Counted from the first letter of the stretch, positions 28,120 to 37,800 are shown. The stretch is DNA of 64,000 nucleotides from Sphingobium sp. (GCA_965228065.1 OZ245788.1:2545668-2609667), one strand, 5' to 3'. Notes: generated by a model not told the origin, from the sequence alone. Numbers and translations: made by a program.

Positions 28120-28398
28120 ATGATCTACCGGATCCTCTTCGCGTTCGATGCGCTGGTTATATTGGTGCTGGTCTATTTCTTCGTCGATGGCCTGAAATAT
28201 AGCGGCCTGGGTGAATCGCTGGCGATCATGGGGCCGATCATCGCGGTGCCGATCGCGATCATGGTCGCCGCACAGCTATTGCGTGCGCGGGGCAAGACCG
28301 GATTGGCTTTGGTGCTGCTGATCGTCGTGGCGGTGCCGCCGGCGATCTTCGCGGCGTTCATGGGCCTGTTACTGGCGAGCAACCCCAACTGGCAGTGA
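28120..28398 (+). CDS. Hypothetical small membrane protein (3 TM)
   Basis: The ORF is 92 aa and starts 14 nt after the previous stop, behind a strong SD sequence (AAGGAG). It is almost entirely hydrophobic. Confidence 0.6.
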   Translation: MIYRILFAFDALVILVLVYFFVDGLKYSGLGESLAIMGPIIAVPIAIMVAAQLLRARGKTGLALVLLIVVAVPPAIFAAFMGLLLASNPNWQ

Positions 28399-28477
28399 GG
28401 GAACAGCGCAGGCTTATTTTCGCGAAGGCCACAGGGGAGATTGCCACCGCGCGATGCTGCGTCTTATGGAAGGCGCC

Positions 28478-29737
28478 ATGAAAAAGGCATGGCTCCTCGC
28501 ACCGCTCGCGCTGCTGCTTCTCGGCAATGGCGCACCCTCCACCGATTACAGCGCGCGCGTCGCGGCGATCCTGAAAAAGACGCCGCTGATCGACGGGCAT
28601 AATGACTGGCCTGAGACCATGCGCGAACGCGAAGGCGATGCGCGCTGGACGCTCGACCTGCGCGAGGGCTGGGACAAGAAGCCCGTTCCCTACAACACCG
28701 ACATCGCGATGCTGCGCAAGGGCATGGTCGGCGGCCAGTTCTGGTCGGTCTATGTCTCGGCCAACCTGCCCGGGCTGGAGCAGGTGCAGGAAACGCTGCA
28801 GCAGATCGACCTCGTCAAGAACATCGTCGCGCGTTACCCCAACGACTTCGCACTGGCGCGCACTGCTGCCGACGTTCGCCGCATCCATGCTTCGGGGCGG
28901 ATCGCATCGATGCTCGGCGTCGAGGGCGGCGGGCAGATCAACGGTGATCTTTCGATCCTGCGCACCTATGCGGAACTGGGCGCCGGTTATCTGACGCTCA
29001 CCCATTCGCGGACGATCGAATGGGCGGATTCCGCGACCGACAATCCCAAGCATGGCGGGCTGACGCCGTTCGGCGAAGCGGTGGTGCACGAACTCAATCG
29101 CCTGGGCATGCTGGTCGACCTGAGCCATGTCAGCGAAGAGACGATGCAGGATGCGCTGCGCATTTCGAAGGCGCCCGTCATCTATTCGCATTCGGGCGCC
29201 CGCGCGCTCGACGATCACCCGCGTAACGTGTCGGACGAGACGCTGAAGCTGGTCGCAAAGAATGGCGGCGTGGTGATGGTGAATTATGCGCCCTCCTATG
29301 TCACCGACGCCTATCGCCGTTGGGATGCCGATCGCGGCGCCGAGCGTGCGCGGCTGAACATGCCGCCGTTCGGCGGTCTCTTCATCGGTCAGCCCGAAAA
29401 GGCCAAGGCCGCAATGGACGAGTGGGATCGCAAGAACCCGCGCCCCAAGGTGACGCTGAGCGACGTCGCCGACCATATCGACCATATCGCCAAGGTGGCG
29501 GGCGTCGACAATGTCGGCCTGGGTTCGGATTTCGACGGCACCGGCAACGAGCTGCCCGAAGGGCTGCAGAACGCGACCACTTATCCCGCGCTGATGGCCG
29601 AACTGCTGCGCCGTGGCTGGAAGGACGCGGACGTCGCCAAGGTGGCGGGCGGGAATGTGCTGCGCGCGATGGAAGGCGCCGAGAAGACGGCGGCTGCGAT
29701 GAAGGGCGAACTGCCCGGCACGATGCAATTGAAGTGA
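28478..29737 (+). CDS. Membrane (renal-type) dipeptidase, peptidase family M19
   Basis: The start is MKKAWLLAPLALLLLG, a signal peptide. The signature is IDGHNDWPE, together with HSRTIEW, DLSHVS and GLGSDFDG. Confidence 0.9.
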   Translation: MKKAWLLAPLALLLLGNGAPSTDYSARVAAILKKTPLIDGHNDWPETMREREGDARWTLDLREGWDKKPVPYNTDIAMLRKGMVGGQFWSVYVSANLPGLEQVQETLQQIDLVKNIVARYPNDFALARTAADVRRIHASGRIASMLGVEGGGQINGDLSILRTYAELGAGYLTLTHSRTIEWADSATDNPKHGGLTPFGEAVVHELNRLGMLVDLSHVSEETMQDALRISKAPVIYSHSGARALDDHPRNVSDETLKLVAKNGGVVMVNYAPSYVTDAYRRWDADRGAERARLNMPPFGGLFIGQPEKAKAAMDEWDRKNPRPKVTLSDVADHIDHIAKVAGVDNVGLGSDFDGTGNELPEGLQNATTYPALMAELLRRGWKDADVAKVAGGNVLRAMEGAEKTAAAMKGELPGTMQLK

Positions 29738-29783
29738 TACGCGCGCCGGTCGCGGGAATCCCTGCGGCCTGCCGGATATCGCC

Positions 29784-30188
29784 TCAGCGGCGCGCGGCGA
29801 GAGCCTTGCTGCGCGCACGTGTCACTTCGACCCAGCATTGGGCGACCACCACCGACGCCATCGATCCGCCGCGATAGCGGTCGCCCTTCGCGATGCAGTT
29901 GCGGTCGCGATTGCGGAGCCACAGCCGCTGTTCGTCGAGCAGTCTCTGCCGCGCGGCCGGACGCAGCTTTGCGCGGAGCGCGGTGTAGCGCGCACTCATC
30001 TGCGCATCGGCGACACGCAGATCATGCGCCGCGCAATGCTGCATATCGAACGTCGAATCGCACTGGCTGGGCGGCGGATCGCGGAACGCCGGATTGGTCA
30101 TGAAGGCGCCCGCGCTCTGTGCCGAAGCAGGTGTCGCGAACAGGGTGGCGAGGGTCAAACAGGCGAAGGGCAGGGAGGTGCGGATCAT
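29784..30188 (-). CDS. DUF1311 / LprI-like (lysozyme inhibitor family) periplasmic protein
   Basis: The start is MIRTSLPFACLTLATLFATPASAQS (ATG at 30188). The pattern is C...C...RYTALRAKL...LLDEQRLWLRNRDRNC. Confidence 0.7.
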   Translation of the reverse strand: MIRTSLPFACLTLATLFATPASAQSAGAFMTNPAFRDPPPSQCDSTFDMQHCAAHDLRVADAQMSARYTALRAKLRPAARQRLLDEQRLWLRNRDRNCIAKGDRYRGGSMASVVVAQCWVEVTRARSKALAARR

Positions 30189-30243
30189 CGATGGGTCTCC
30201 TGCTTTACCAACCGTCCGGTTCGACTTTTGATCCATTCTTAAT

Positions 30244-30295
30244 CGTCACCCCAGCACCTGGCTTTGTATGGATTTCGGCTTTCGCTGGAATGACG
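30244..30295. repeat. REP-like imperfect inverted repeat
   Basis: CGTCACCCCAGC (30244-30255) pairs with GCTGGAATGACG (30284-30295), 10 of 12 complementary. The right arm GGCTTTCGCTGGAATGAC resembles the arms at 58779-58871. Confidence 0.4.
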
Positions 30296-30347
30296 TGACG
30301 GACAAGGCGACGGGCCGATGGCGGTTGTGCCAATGGCAAGGCCAGCG

Positions 30348-31115
30348 TCACACCGGAAGGACAAACTCGATCGGTGCGACGAATTCGATCCTGTCGCCTG
30401 GTATATCGGACGGGGCGCGGGGATAGGGCGATGCGCGCCGCATCATTGCGCCGGCCTCTTCGTCCAGCGTGCCGTTGCCCGATCCTTTGACGATCACGCC
30501 TTCGAGCAGCATGCCGGCGCGATCGATGACGAAGCGCACGCGCACGATCCCCTCTTCGCGCCGCATTCGCGCGCGCCGCGGGTAGATTTTGTGCGCATAG
30601 AGCCAGGAGCGTATCTTCGCGGCATAGCTGCGGCTGGTGCCCGGCGGGGCGTTCGCATCCAGCCCGTCTGCAGCACCGCGCCGGGCGGATGGTGTTGCTG
30701 GCGTCGCGGTCGATGCAGTCGGCCCGCCGCCCGCCGCCGCGCGGACCATGGCGGGTTCGGCGGACGAAGCGGCCATCGCCGGTGCCGGCCGGGTCAGCAT
30801 GGCGGGCGCCGCGATCGGCGGCGGAGGTGTGGGCTGGATGATCGGTGGACGCGGTTGCTCGGGCACCGGCTCCGCAACCGGCTGTGTCATGGGTTCGGCG
30901 CTCGGTGTCGCCGGCCCCGCGGCTTCCGCTTCGTCTGCGCCATCCTCCACACCCTTGAGCAACGCCAGCGACATGACGGTGAGCGCCGGCGCGTCCGCAC
31001 GGCGTTCCGGGCGCCCCATGCCCATGGTGAGCACGGCCGCGATCATCGCCGCGTTGATCAGCAGCGATGCGGCCGCCGATCCCCCGATGCGAAACCGATG
31101 CGTGCCGTGCTCCAT
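30348..31115 (-). CDS. tonB: Energy transducer TonB
   Basis: The start is MEHGTHRF (ATG at 31115). One TM helix (ASLLINAAMIAAVLTM) is followed by a Pro-rich spacer (PVPEQPRPPIIQPTPPPPIAAP). The C-terminal TonB domain reads YPRRARMRREEGIVRVRFVIDRAGML. It lies 22 nt downstream of the TBDR stop. Confidence 0.85.
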   Translation of the reverse strand: MEHGTHRFRIGGSAAASLLINAAMIAAVLTMGMGRPERRADAPALTVMSLALLKGVEDGADEAEAAGPATPSAEPMTQPVAEPVPEQPRPPIIQPTPPPPIAAPAMLTRPAPAMAASSAEPAMVRAAAGGGPTASTATPATPSARRGAADGLDANAPPGTSRSYAAKIRSWLYAHKIYPRRARMRREEGIVRVRFVIDRAGMLLEGVIVKGSGNGTLDEEAGAMMRRASPYPRAPSDIPGDRIEFVAPIEFVLPV

Positions 31116-31137
31116 CGCCCTCACCCCCGTGCCGAGC

Positions 31138-33222
31138 CTAGAACGTCTTGGCGACGGTGAACTTGAAGCTCCGCCCCTCGGCCGCGAGCGCCGAGAGGTG
31201 GCGGCGATATTGCTTGTCGAACAGATTGTCGGCGCCGATCCGGAATTCGAAACCTTCGGCCGGGCCGACACGCGGTTTGAACGCGAAGAACAGGCTGTGG
31301 ATCGTATATCCCGGCGTGGCCACGCCTGACCCCAGCGACGGGAAGCTGCCCGGCGTCACCTTGTCCTGTGCTTCGGCGATCTCGCCGGTCCAGCCGCCCG
31401 ACAATCCGCTCGCCGCATCGGCATAACCCAGGGTCAGCCGATAATCGTTGGCGGGGATGGTGTTCAGATAATCGCCGGTGATCCGGTTTTTGCCGTCGAT
31501 AAAGGATGCGTTGCCGCGTGCGAAGAAGCCGCCAATGCCGTATTCGGCCTCGATCTCCAGCCCCTTGAACCGCGAGCGGTTGATGTTCTGGAAATAAGGG
31601 GTGCCCGCCGCCGCTGCGACATTGACGATCAGATCCTTGACGTCGTTCCGGAACAGCGTCGTCTTGGCGCGAAAGCGGTCGCCCCGGCCCAGCGCGCCAT
31701 CGAACGACAATGTAAAACCGGCCTCCAGATTGTCCGATGTTTCCGGGCGCAGGTTGGGATTGTTCGGCCGGGTGGCGCTGCGCGTGAAGATCTCGTCGAT
31801 ATTGGGCATGCGCACGGTGCGCGCGACCGAACCGAAGATGCCGAACCACTCGGTCAGATTGTAGAGCGCCGCCAGCTTCGGTGAAACGCCCCTGTCGGTG
31901 ACGTTATCGGTCAGTACGGTGCCGCCGACGACGGTCGCGCCGGGCTTCAGGTCGGTCCAGTCGATGCGGACGCCCGGCATGATCGTCAGCTTGTCGGACC
32001 AGACGATCTCGAGCTGCGCGAACAGGCCATACCGCGTCATGTCGCCTTCGGGATGGGTACCGGCGCCCGGCGTGACCGCGCCGTTCAGCGCGACGCGCGG
32101 GTTGCGCCGTTTCTGTTCGCTCCACTGGCCGCCGACAATCAGGAAGGTTTTCCAGTCGCCGCCAAGATCGAACTCGCTGGTGTTCTGCAGCTTCCCCTGC
32201 CAGCTTTCATAGGAGAAGTCGGAATAGGCGAGCGGCCCCAGGAAGGTCGTCTCGGTCTGGTGCACTTTCGACACTGAGTAGGCGATCTGCGCTTCGACAT
32301 TGAGCAGCTTGCTGCCGCCGAAGTCGTTCACATAACCCAGCACCGCGGTCTTGTCGTGGACGCGGCGGCGCATCAGCGTCGCGCCGGTCGATGCGGAGAC
32401 CTGATCATAGACCTGCGGGCCGTCGCTGATCCAATCCTGATAGGATGCCCAGATCGCATGGTTGCGATTGCCGCCGATCGCGACGCGGCCCTTGACCAGC
32501 CAATTGTCGGACACGGTGGCCGATGCCGCGACGGTATCGCCATTGCCGCTCTCATAATCGTTCGAGCGCCGGTAATTATAGCTGCCGAGCAGTTCGACGC
32601 CCTCGACCGGCTGCACCGCGACGATGCCCGACAGGGTATGCGCCTCCGCATTGGTTTCCGTCGCCGCCTTCAACCGCACCGCCAGCGGATCGCCGTCCTT
32701 CAGGAAATCCGATGCGTCCTTCGTCGTGAAGTTGATCACGCCCGCCAGCGCTCCGGCGCCGTACAGCGTGGACGATGCCGGTCCGCGCAACACCTCGACC
32801 CGCTTGTAGAGCTCGGGCTCGCTGAAGAACGCGCCCATGCGATATTGCTCGTAGAACTTCGTCACGCCATCGACAGTGATCAGGATGCGATTGTCGGAAT
32901 CGCCGATCGCGGTGCCCATGCCCCGGATGTTGAAACCCTGGCCGAGCTGGCCGACGCCGCCCTGCACGTTCACGCCAGGCATCCCTTCCAGCAGGTCGCC
33001 GATCGTCGTCGCCTGGGTCTGATCGATATCCTCCTGATTCATCGCGGTGACGGCCTGGGGCGTATCGAGCGCCACCTTCTCCGTGCCCGCCGAAACCACC
33101 AGCCGGTCGAGCGCCATCCGCGTCGTTCCGTCAGTTTCTTCGGTTTCGCTCTGGGCGATCGCGGGGAGTGGGAACGCCATCAGCGCGGTTCCCAAAAGCA
33201 GCAACATCCTGGTCTTGATCAT
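31138..33222 (-). CDS. TonB-dependent receptor (no STN domain), substrate unknown
   Basis: The start is MIKTRMLLLLGTALMAFPLPAIAQ (ATG at 33222). The TonB-box/plug region reads LDRLVVSAG...VEVLRGPASSTLYGAGALAGVINF. The C-terminus reads ...FKFTVAKTF. Confidence 0.9.
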   Translation of the reverse strand: MIKTRMLLLLGTALMAFPLPAIAQSETEETDGTTRMALDRLVVSAGTEKVALDTPQAVTAMNQEDIDQTQATTIGDLLEGMPGVNVQGGVGQLGQGFNIRGMGTAIGDSDNRILITVDGVTKFYEQYRMGAFFSEPELYKRVEVLRGPASSTLYGAGALAGVINFTTKDASDFLKDGDPLAVRLKAATETNAEAHTLSGIVAVQPVEGVELLGSYNYRRSNDYESGNGDTVAASATVSDNWLVKGRVAIGGNRNHAIWASYQDWISDGPQVYDQVSASTGATLMRRRVHDKTAVLGYVNDFGGSKLLNVEAQIAYSVSKVHQTETTFLGPLAYSDFSYESWQGKLQNTSEFDLGGDWKTFLIVGGQWSEQKRRNPRVALNGAVTPGAGTHPEGDMTRYGLFAQLEIVWSDKLTIMPGVRIDWTDLKPGATVVGGTVLTDNVTDRGVSPKLAALYNLTEWFGIFGSVARTVRMPNIDEIFTRSATRPNNPNLRPETSDNLEAGFTLSFDGALGRGDRFRAKTTLFRNDVKDLIVNVAAAAGTPYFQNINRSRFKGLEIEAEYGIGGFFARGNASFIDGKNRITGDYLNTIPANDYRLTLGYADAASGLSGGWTGEIAEAQDKVTPGSFPSLGSGVATPGYTIHSLFFAFKPRVGPAEGFEFRIGADNLFDKQYRRHLSALAAEGRSFKFTVAKTF

Positions 33223-33302
33223 GGTTTTCGTAGCCCCCGGGCATCGGAACAAGGGGCGGCATCGCCCCGGACGGGCATCACCTATCCATCATGGATTTGT
33301 AT

Positions 33303-33322
33303 TGCAAGTGATTCTCAATAGC
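33303..33322. promoter_or_regulatory. Candidate Fur-like operator in the divergent TBDR / DUF4198 control region
   Basis: TGCAAGTGATTCTCAATAGC has a core matching 12 of 19 positions of GATAATGATAATCATTATC (manual alignment centred on TGAT..TCA). It sits 30 nt upstream of the DUF4198 ATG. Confidence 0.3.
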
Positions 33323-33351
33323 GCTAATCGGCGCCCAACAAGGGGAGATTC

Positions 33352-34140
33352 ATGATGTTCAATCGAGTCCGTGCCGCCGCCGCCCTGCTTGTGCTGGCCG
33401 GCGCTTCCGCCGCACAGGCGCACATGCCCTATGTGCTGCCGACGCTGTTCGATGTGGGGAAGGGCGATCACATCACCGTGCAATCGGCCTTTGCCGAGGA
33501 TATCTTCGTGCCCGAAGTGGCGATGCGCGACGCGCCGTTCCATCTGATCGGCCCGGACGGAAATCTGATCCCTGCGGGGCCGGTTACGCATCTGCGCGAC
33601 CTGTCCGTGTTCGAGGCGAACACGCCGGTCGACGGCACCTATCGCGTCACCAGTGGCCAGCGTGCGGGCCGCAAGGGCAAGATGTTCAAGCAGGGCGACA
33701 AATGGGAGGTTCGCGGCGAAGACGGTACGCCGCCAGCCGGCGCGCAACAGGTGGACGTGCAGAGCATGACCTTGGCCGACGCTTATGTGACGCGCGGCCA
33801 GCCGACCCAGGCCTCGCTGAAGCCCAGCGGCAAGGCGCTGGAGATCCAGGCGATCACCCATCCCAATGCGATCACCTCCGGATCCGAAGCATCCTTCGTG
33901 CTGCTGTTCGACGGCAAGCCGCTGGCCAATACCGAGATCAGCGTGTTCCGCAGCGCCGGCACTTATGACGGCCGCAAGATCCTGGCCCAGTTGAAGAGCG
34001 ACGCGGGCGGCCGGTTCAGCGTGAAGCCGGAGGATGCGGGCATCTACATGATCCTGGTGCGCCATCGCGGTGCCGCACCCGCGGGCGCCGAGACCCCCTA
34101 TCGCAGTTACACCTACACCCTGACCTTCGATGCGGCCTGA
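33352..34140 (+). CDS. DUF4198-family periplasmic protein (COG5266, annotated elsewhere as Ni/Co-uptake periplasmic component)
   Basis: The signal peptide ends in ...SAAQAH, and the mature N-terminus HMPYVLPT is typical of this family. The product is all-beta and 262 aa. Confidence 0.7.
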   Translation: MMFNRVRAAAALLVLAGASAAQAHMPYVLPTLFDVGKGDHITVQSAFAEDIFVPEVAMRDAPFHLIGPDGNLIPAGPVTHLRDLSVFEANTPVDGTYRVTSGQRAGRKGKMFKQGDKWEVRGEDGTPPAGAQQVDVQSMTLADAYVTRGQPTQASLKPSGKALEIQAITHPNAITSGSEASFVLLFDGKPLANTEISVFRSAGTYDGRKILAQLKSDAGGRFSVKPEDAGIYMILVRHRGAAPAGAETPYRSYTYTLTFDAA

Positions 34141-34151
34141 GCGCTGCGGCT

Positions 34152-34203
34152 CTCCCTCATCGTCACTCTGAACTCGTTTCAGGGTGACGGAAGGAAAGGG
34201 AGG
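34152..34203. repeat. REP-like hairpin / probable terminator after the DUF4198 gene
   Basis: CGTCACTCTGAA (34161-34172) pairs with TTCAGGGTGACG (34178-34189). The outer pair is CTCCCTC / GGGAGG. Confidence 0.5.
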
Positions 34204-34261
34204 CGGAGCCCGACCACGACCCCGACCCCATTTTCACCATGACCATTCGACGGAGACCGAC

Positions 34262-34750
34262 ATGACCTGCAAACTCGCCCTCGCCGCCATCCTGCTCACT
34301 GCGTCCGGCGCCGCGATCGCCGCTCCGCATGAGGGCAACGCCTTCATCCACGATTATGACGCCAATGGTGACGGCCAGGTGTCGCGCGCCGAATTCGATG
34401 CGGGCCGCGCGGCGCGCTTCAAGGCGACCGACGCCAATGGCGATGGCTGGGTGTCCGAAGACGAATATGTCGGCGAATATCGTGCGCGGCTGGAGCAGCA
34501 GCTCGCCGCATCCGATCTGAACGAAGAGAAGAAGACCGAGGAGCGCCAGCGCCAGATCCGCCAGACCCATGTCCGTTTCGGCGTGCTCGACAAGGACAAG
34601 GACGCGAAGATGATCCAGGCCGAATATGACGCTTCGGGCGCGCGCGCCTTTGCCGAACAGGATGACGACAAGAGCGGCATCGTCACCACCGCCGACGTGG
34701 CGGCTACCGCGGCTCGCCGACTGGCTGCGCGCGAAAAGGCGGACAGATAG
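34262..34750 (+). CDS. Secreted protein with four EF-hand calcium-binding loops
   Basis: The start is MTCKLALAAILLTASGAAIA, a signal peptide. The loops are DANGDGQVSRAE, DANGDGWVSEDE, DKDKDAKMIQAE and DDDKSGIVTTAD. Confidence 0.8.
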   Translation: MTCKLALAAILLTASGAAIAAPHEGNAFIHDYDANGDGQVSRAEFDAGRAARFKATDANGDGWVSEDEYVGEYRARLEQQLAASDLNEEKKTEERQRQIRQTHVRFGVLDKDKDAKMIQAEYDASGARAFAEQDDDKSGIVTTADVAATAARRLAAREKADR

Positions 34751-34771
34751 GCCTCGCAGCATTCGGGCGAT

Positions 34772-34817
34772 GATGTCGCTACCGGATCAGGCGAAGGCAT
34801 GATCCGGTAGCGACATC
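34772..34817. terminator. Perfect 18-bp hairpin between convergent genes (probable bidirectional terminator), overlapping the RTX gene stop
   Basis: GATGTCGCTACCGGATCA (34772-34789) pairs with TGATCCGGTAGCGACATC (34800-34817), with a 10-nt loop. The RTX stop codon (34787-34789) and the last 10 codons lie inside the structure. No clear U-tract is present. Confidence 0.6.
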
Positions 34818-37800
34818 GCAGCAGAATGCTGGCTTTCGAGCGCCGTCGCCTCATCCGATCCCGCGCCGCTGATCGACAATCCAGGTGTTGGCGAAAGGCC
34901 TGTCGTATCGAACCCGATGGATTGGGTGCCGATCCTGACCGTGGACGATCCCGCATCGAAGACCAGCGTTCGGTCTCCATCGGTGAACCGCAGGGTGAGG
35001 CCGGCGGTGCCGATCGGAATGCTGGCATCGATCCTTTCGGAGTGGAGGATCACGAAGCTGCCGGCGATGCGAGCGGTGAATCCGTCGGCGAGGCCGTTGA
35101 GGATGACCGTGTCACCGCCGCCACCGAACGAACTGTCGAGCATGGCCTTGCCGCCTTGTATCTCGAGCACTTCATGGCCGTTGCGGGTGCCGTAAACCTG
35201 GAAATTACCGGCGATCGCCGCCACCCCGCCCGGGTTCATCACCAGCCATCCCGATGCGTCGGGATCGCCGCCCGTCGGGATCGGCCCGACCTCGGATGGA
35301 GCGGAGAGCGTGGCGGCCGTGGCGTCGATCGACTGACTGCCGATCTTCACTGAGCCGTCGGCGAAGACCAACGTGCGCAGTCCGTCGCCGAACACCAGTG
35401 ACGTCCCCGCGAGGCCGACCGGGATACTGATCTGGCTATCGCCGTCGGACAGGATCGCGAAAGAGCCCATGATCCGGGCCGTATAATTGGCCGCCGCGCC
35501 TGCCAGACGGATAACGTCGCCGCCCCCGCCGAACGACCCGTCGAGCGTCAGCGCGCCGGGCTGATCTATGATCGTCAGATCCTGGAACCCGCGCGTGCCG
35601 AAGACCTGGCCGTCGGGGCCGATCGATGCGATCAGTCCGTCGGATGCCACTAAGCGCCCGGCGCCGGCCGGGTTCGACGGATTTGCGCGTGTGGTGAAAT
35701 CGTAGCGCGCGCTTCCCGCGAAAGCGTTGCCGGTCAGATCACGGACGGTGCCGGGGTTCATCACGACGACATAATGGGTGCCGGCGCTCAGCGCATGAAC
35801 CGGATCGATCGTCAGCACCGATCCTGCCACCGTTATGCGATCGCTCGTCCCCGCGTGGAATGTGTCTATCAGCGTTCCATCGCTGAGGCGAAGCTCGATC
35901 GTGCCTTCACCCCGCATGATCTGCTCGCTGAAGGTCACGACGATATTGGACGTGGTGTCCACGTTCACTGCGCCGTCCACCGGTCCCGTCGTCAAGATCG
36001 TTGGGGGCGTCGAATCCAGTATTTCAGCCATCGAGATCGGCTGCCTGCCGCCGAAGATGATGAATTCGATATTGTAGAGCGAGTCCGTGCCCTCGGGGCT
36101 GCCCGCGCGTTGATCGACAAATGTGTAGCCATCGCCGCTGCGTGTCACTCGATAGTCCGACTGGGCACCGCTCAGATAGACGGTATCTGTGCCGTTGCCG
36201 CCATCGAGGACGTCATCGCGCGCCGATCCGATCAGGAAGTTGTTCTCGTCTCCGCCGATCAGCCGTTCGATATTGTCCGGTATGGCGAAGGTCGAGATGC
36301 CGGAGAGCCGGACGGTGTCGAATCCCTCTCCGTTCCGCTCGAAGATGACATCGTTCAGAGTATCGACGACATAGGTGTCGTCGCCGGCGCCGCCCGCCAT
36401 GAAATCGATCCCGGTGCCGCCATCGAGCGTATCGGCGCTGCCGAACCCGAACAGGAAATCGTCGCCTTCACCGCCGAACAGCGCGGCCCCCGAACTGGCT
36501 GCGACCATGGCGTCCGATCCCGTTGTGCCGTTCAGTGGCCCGAAACGCTCTATGTCGCTGTCGACCACCTGGCCTGCGACATTGATCACCAGCGTGCCGT
36601 TTGATGTGACGGCGGTGATCCGGGTGGTTCCGCCCGATCGCGCAAGCGTGACCGAAAGCGGTTCGATCGCGGCAAGGCTGATGCGATCGACGCCGCTGAC
36701 GAAATCGGTAATCTGCGCGACGTCGCCGGTGACATGCGAAAAGACGAACGTGTCGCGGCCTGCACCGCCGGTCAGCGTATCCGCGCCGTCCGCGAACAGG
36801 ATATCGTCGTCCGATCCACCGTCGATCCGGTCGGCGCCGCCGGTTCCGATCAGGATGTCGCGTCCTGCTTCGCCATAGATGGTGCCGGTCTGGCGACCGC
36901 CTCTGCCGTCATAAAGATCGTTGTTGCCACCGAGATAGACCGATCCGTTGATACTGCCCGTATTGATGATGACATCGGCATTGGCCGGGCCACCATTCGG
37001 ATTGACGTTGAGCTCGATCCGGCCGTTGATCTCGCCGCTGTTTATCAGGCGAAGCGCACCGCCATTGACGTTCCAGCTCGTCTGGATCGCGATGTCTGCG
37101 GTGATGGTGCCCGAATTCTCCAGGCGGTTCGTGCCGATTTGATAATAGAAATAGACGCCGATCGTCGGCGCGCCCGACGCGGAGGCCTGGGCGGTGATCG
37201 TGCCGCTGTTCCTGATATCGGCGACATGCGTTGCGATTCCGATGCCATAGGCGCCGGCCGCGCCTGTCGCTGTGATGGTTCCCGAATTCACGAGATTGCC
37301 GCCATTATGCGCAAAGACGCCGACGGCGACGAAATGTGTCGAACTGATCTCGATCGAGCCGCTGTTATTGAAGTCGCTCAACAGATAGCTGTTGATCCCG
37401 ACAGCGGTCAGCTGGTCGGTACGGACTTCGATTTCTCCGCGATTGACGACCGAGGTGCCGAGGCCGCCCAGGTCGACGTTCATCCCAATGGCGCTGATAT
37501 TGTCCGTTGCCCGGTGGATGCCATAGGTGTTGAGGGTGGCGATGTTCTGCGCGAGCTTGTCGGTGCCGGTGAAGGACGCGACGCCGACGAAGCCCTCGTT
37601 CACGACGGTCACGAAGCGCCCATAAATGGCGACGCGGTCCGAAAGGATCGTGCCCTGATTGATCAGATTCGTACCGCCGATGATCGTGATGTGGAAATCC
37701 GGACCGTCCGGCGTGACCCATGTTTCGTCGGCTTCGATCGTCAGATCGCTGTTCGGGGCGAACCGGTCCACCACCGTCTGGCTTGGCGACAGATAGATGC

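Noticed and set aside
31138-33222. I considered calling this TonB-dependent receptor a heme/hemoglobin receptor because of an NPNL-like motif (RPNNPNLRPE).
   Set aside because: NP(N/D)L(K/R)PE is a general TBDR barrel motif. I could not find the paired FRAP box with the conserved His, so the substrate is left unassigned.
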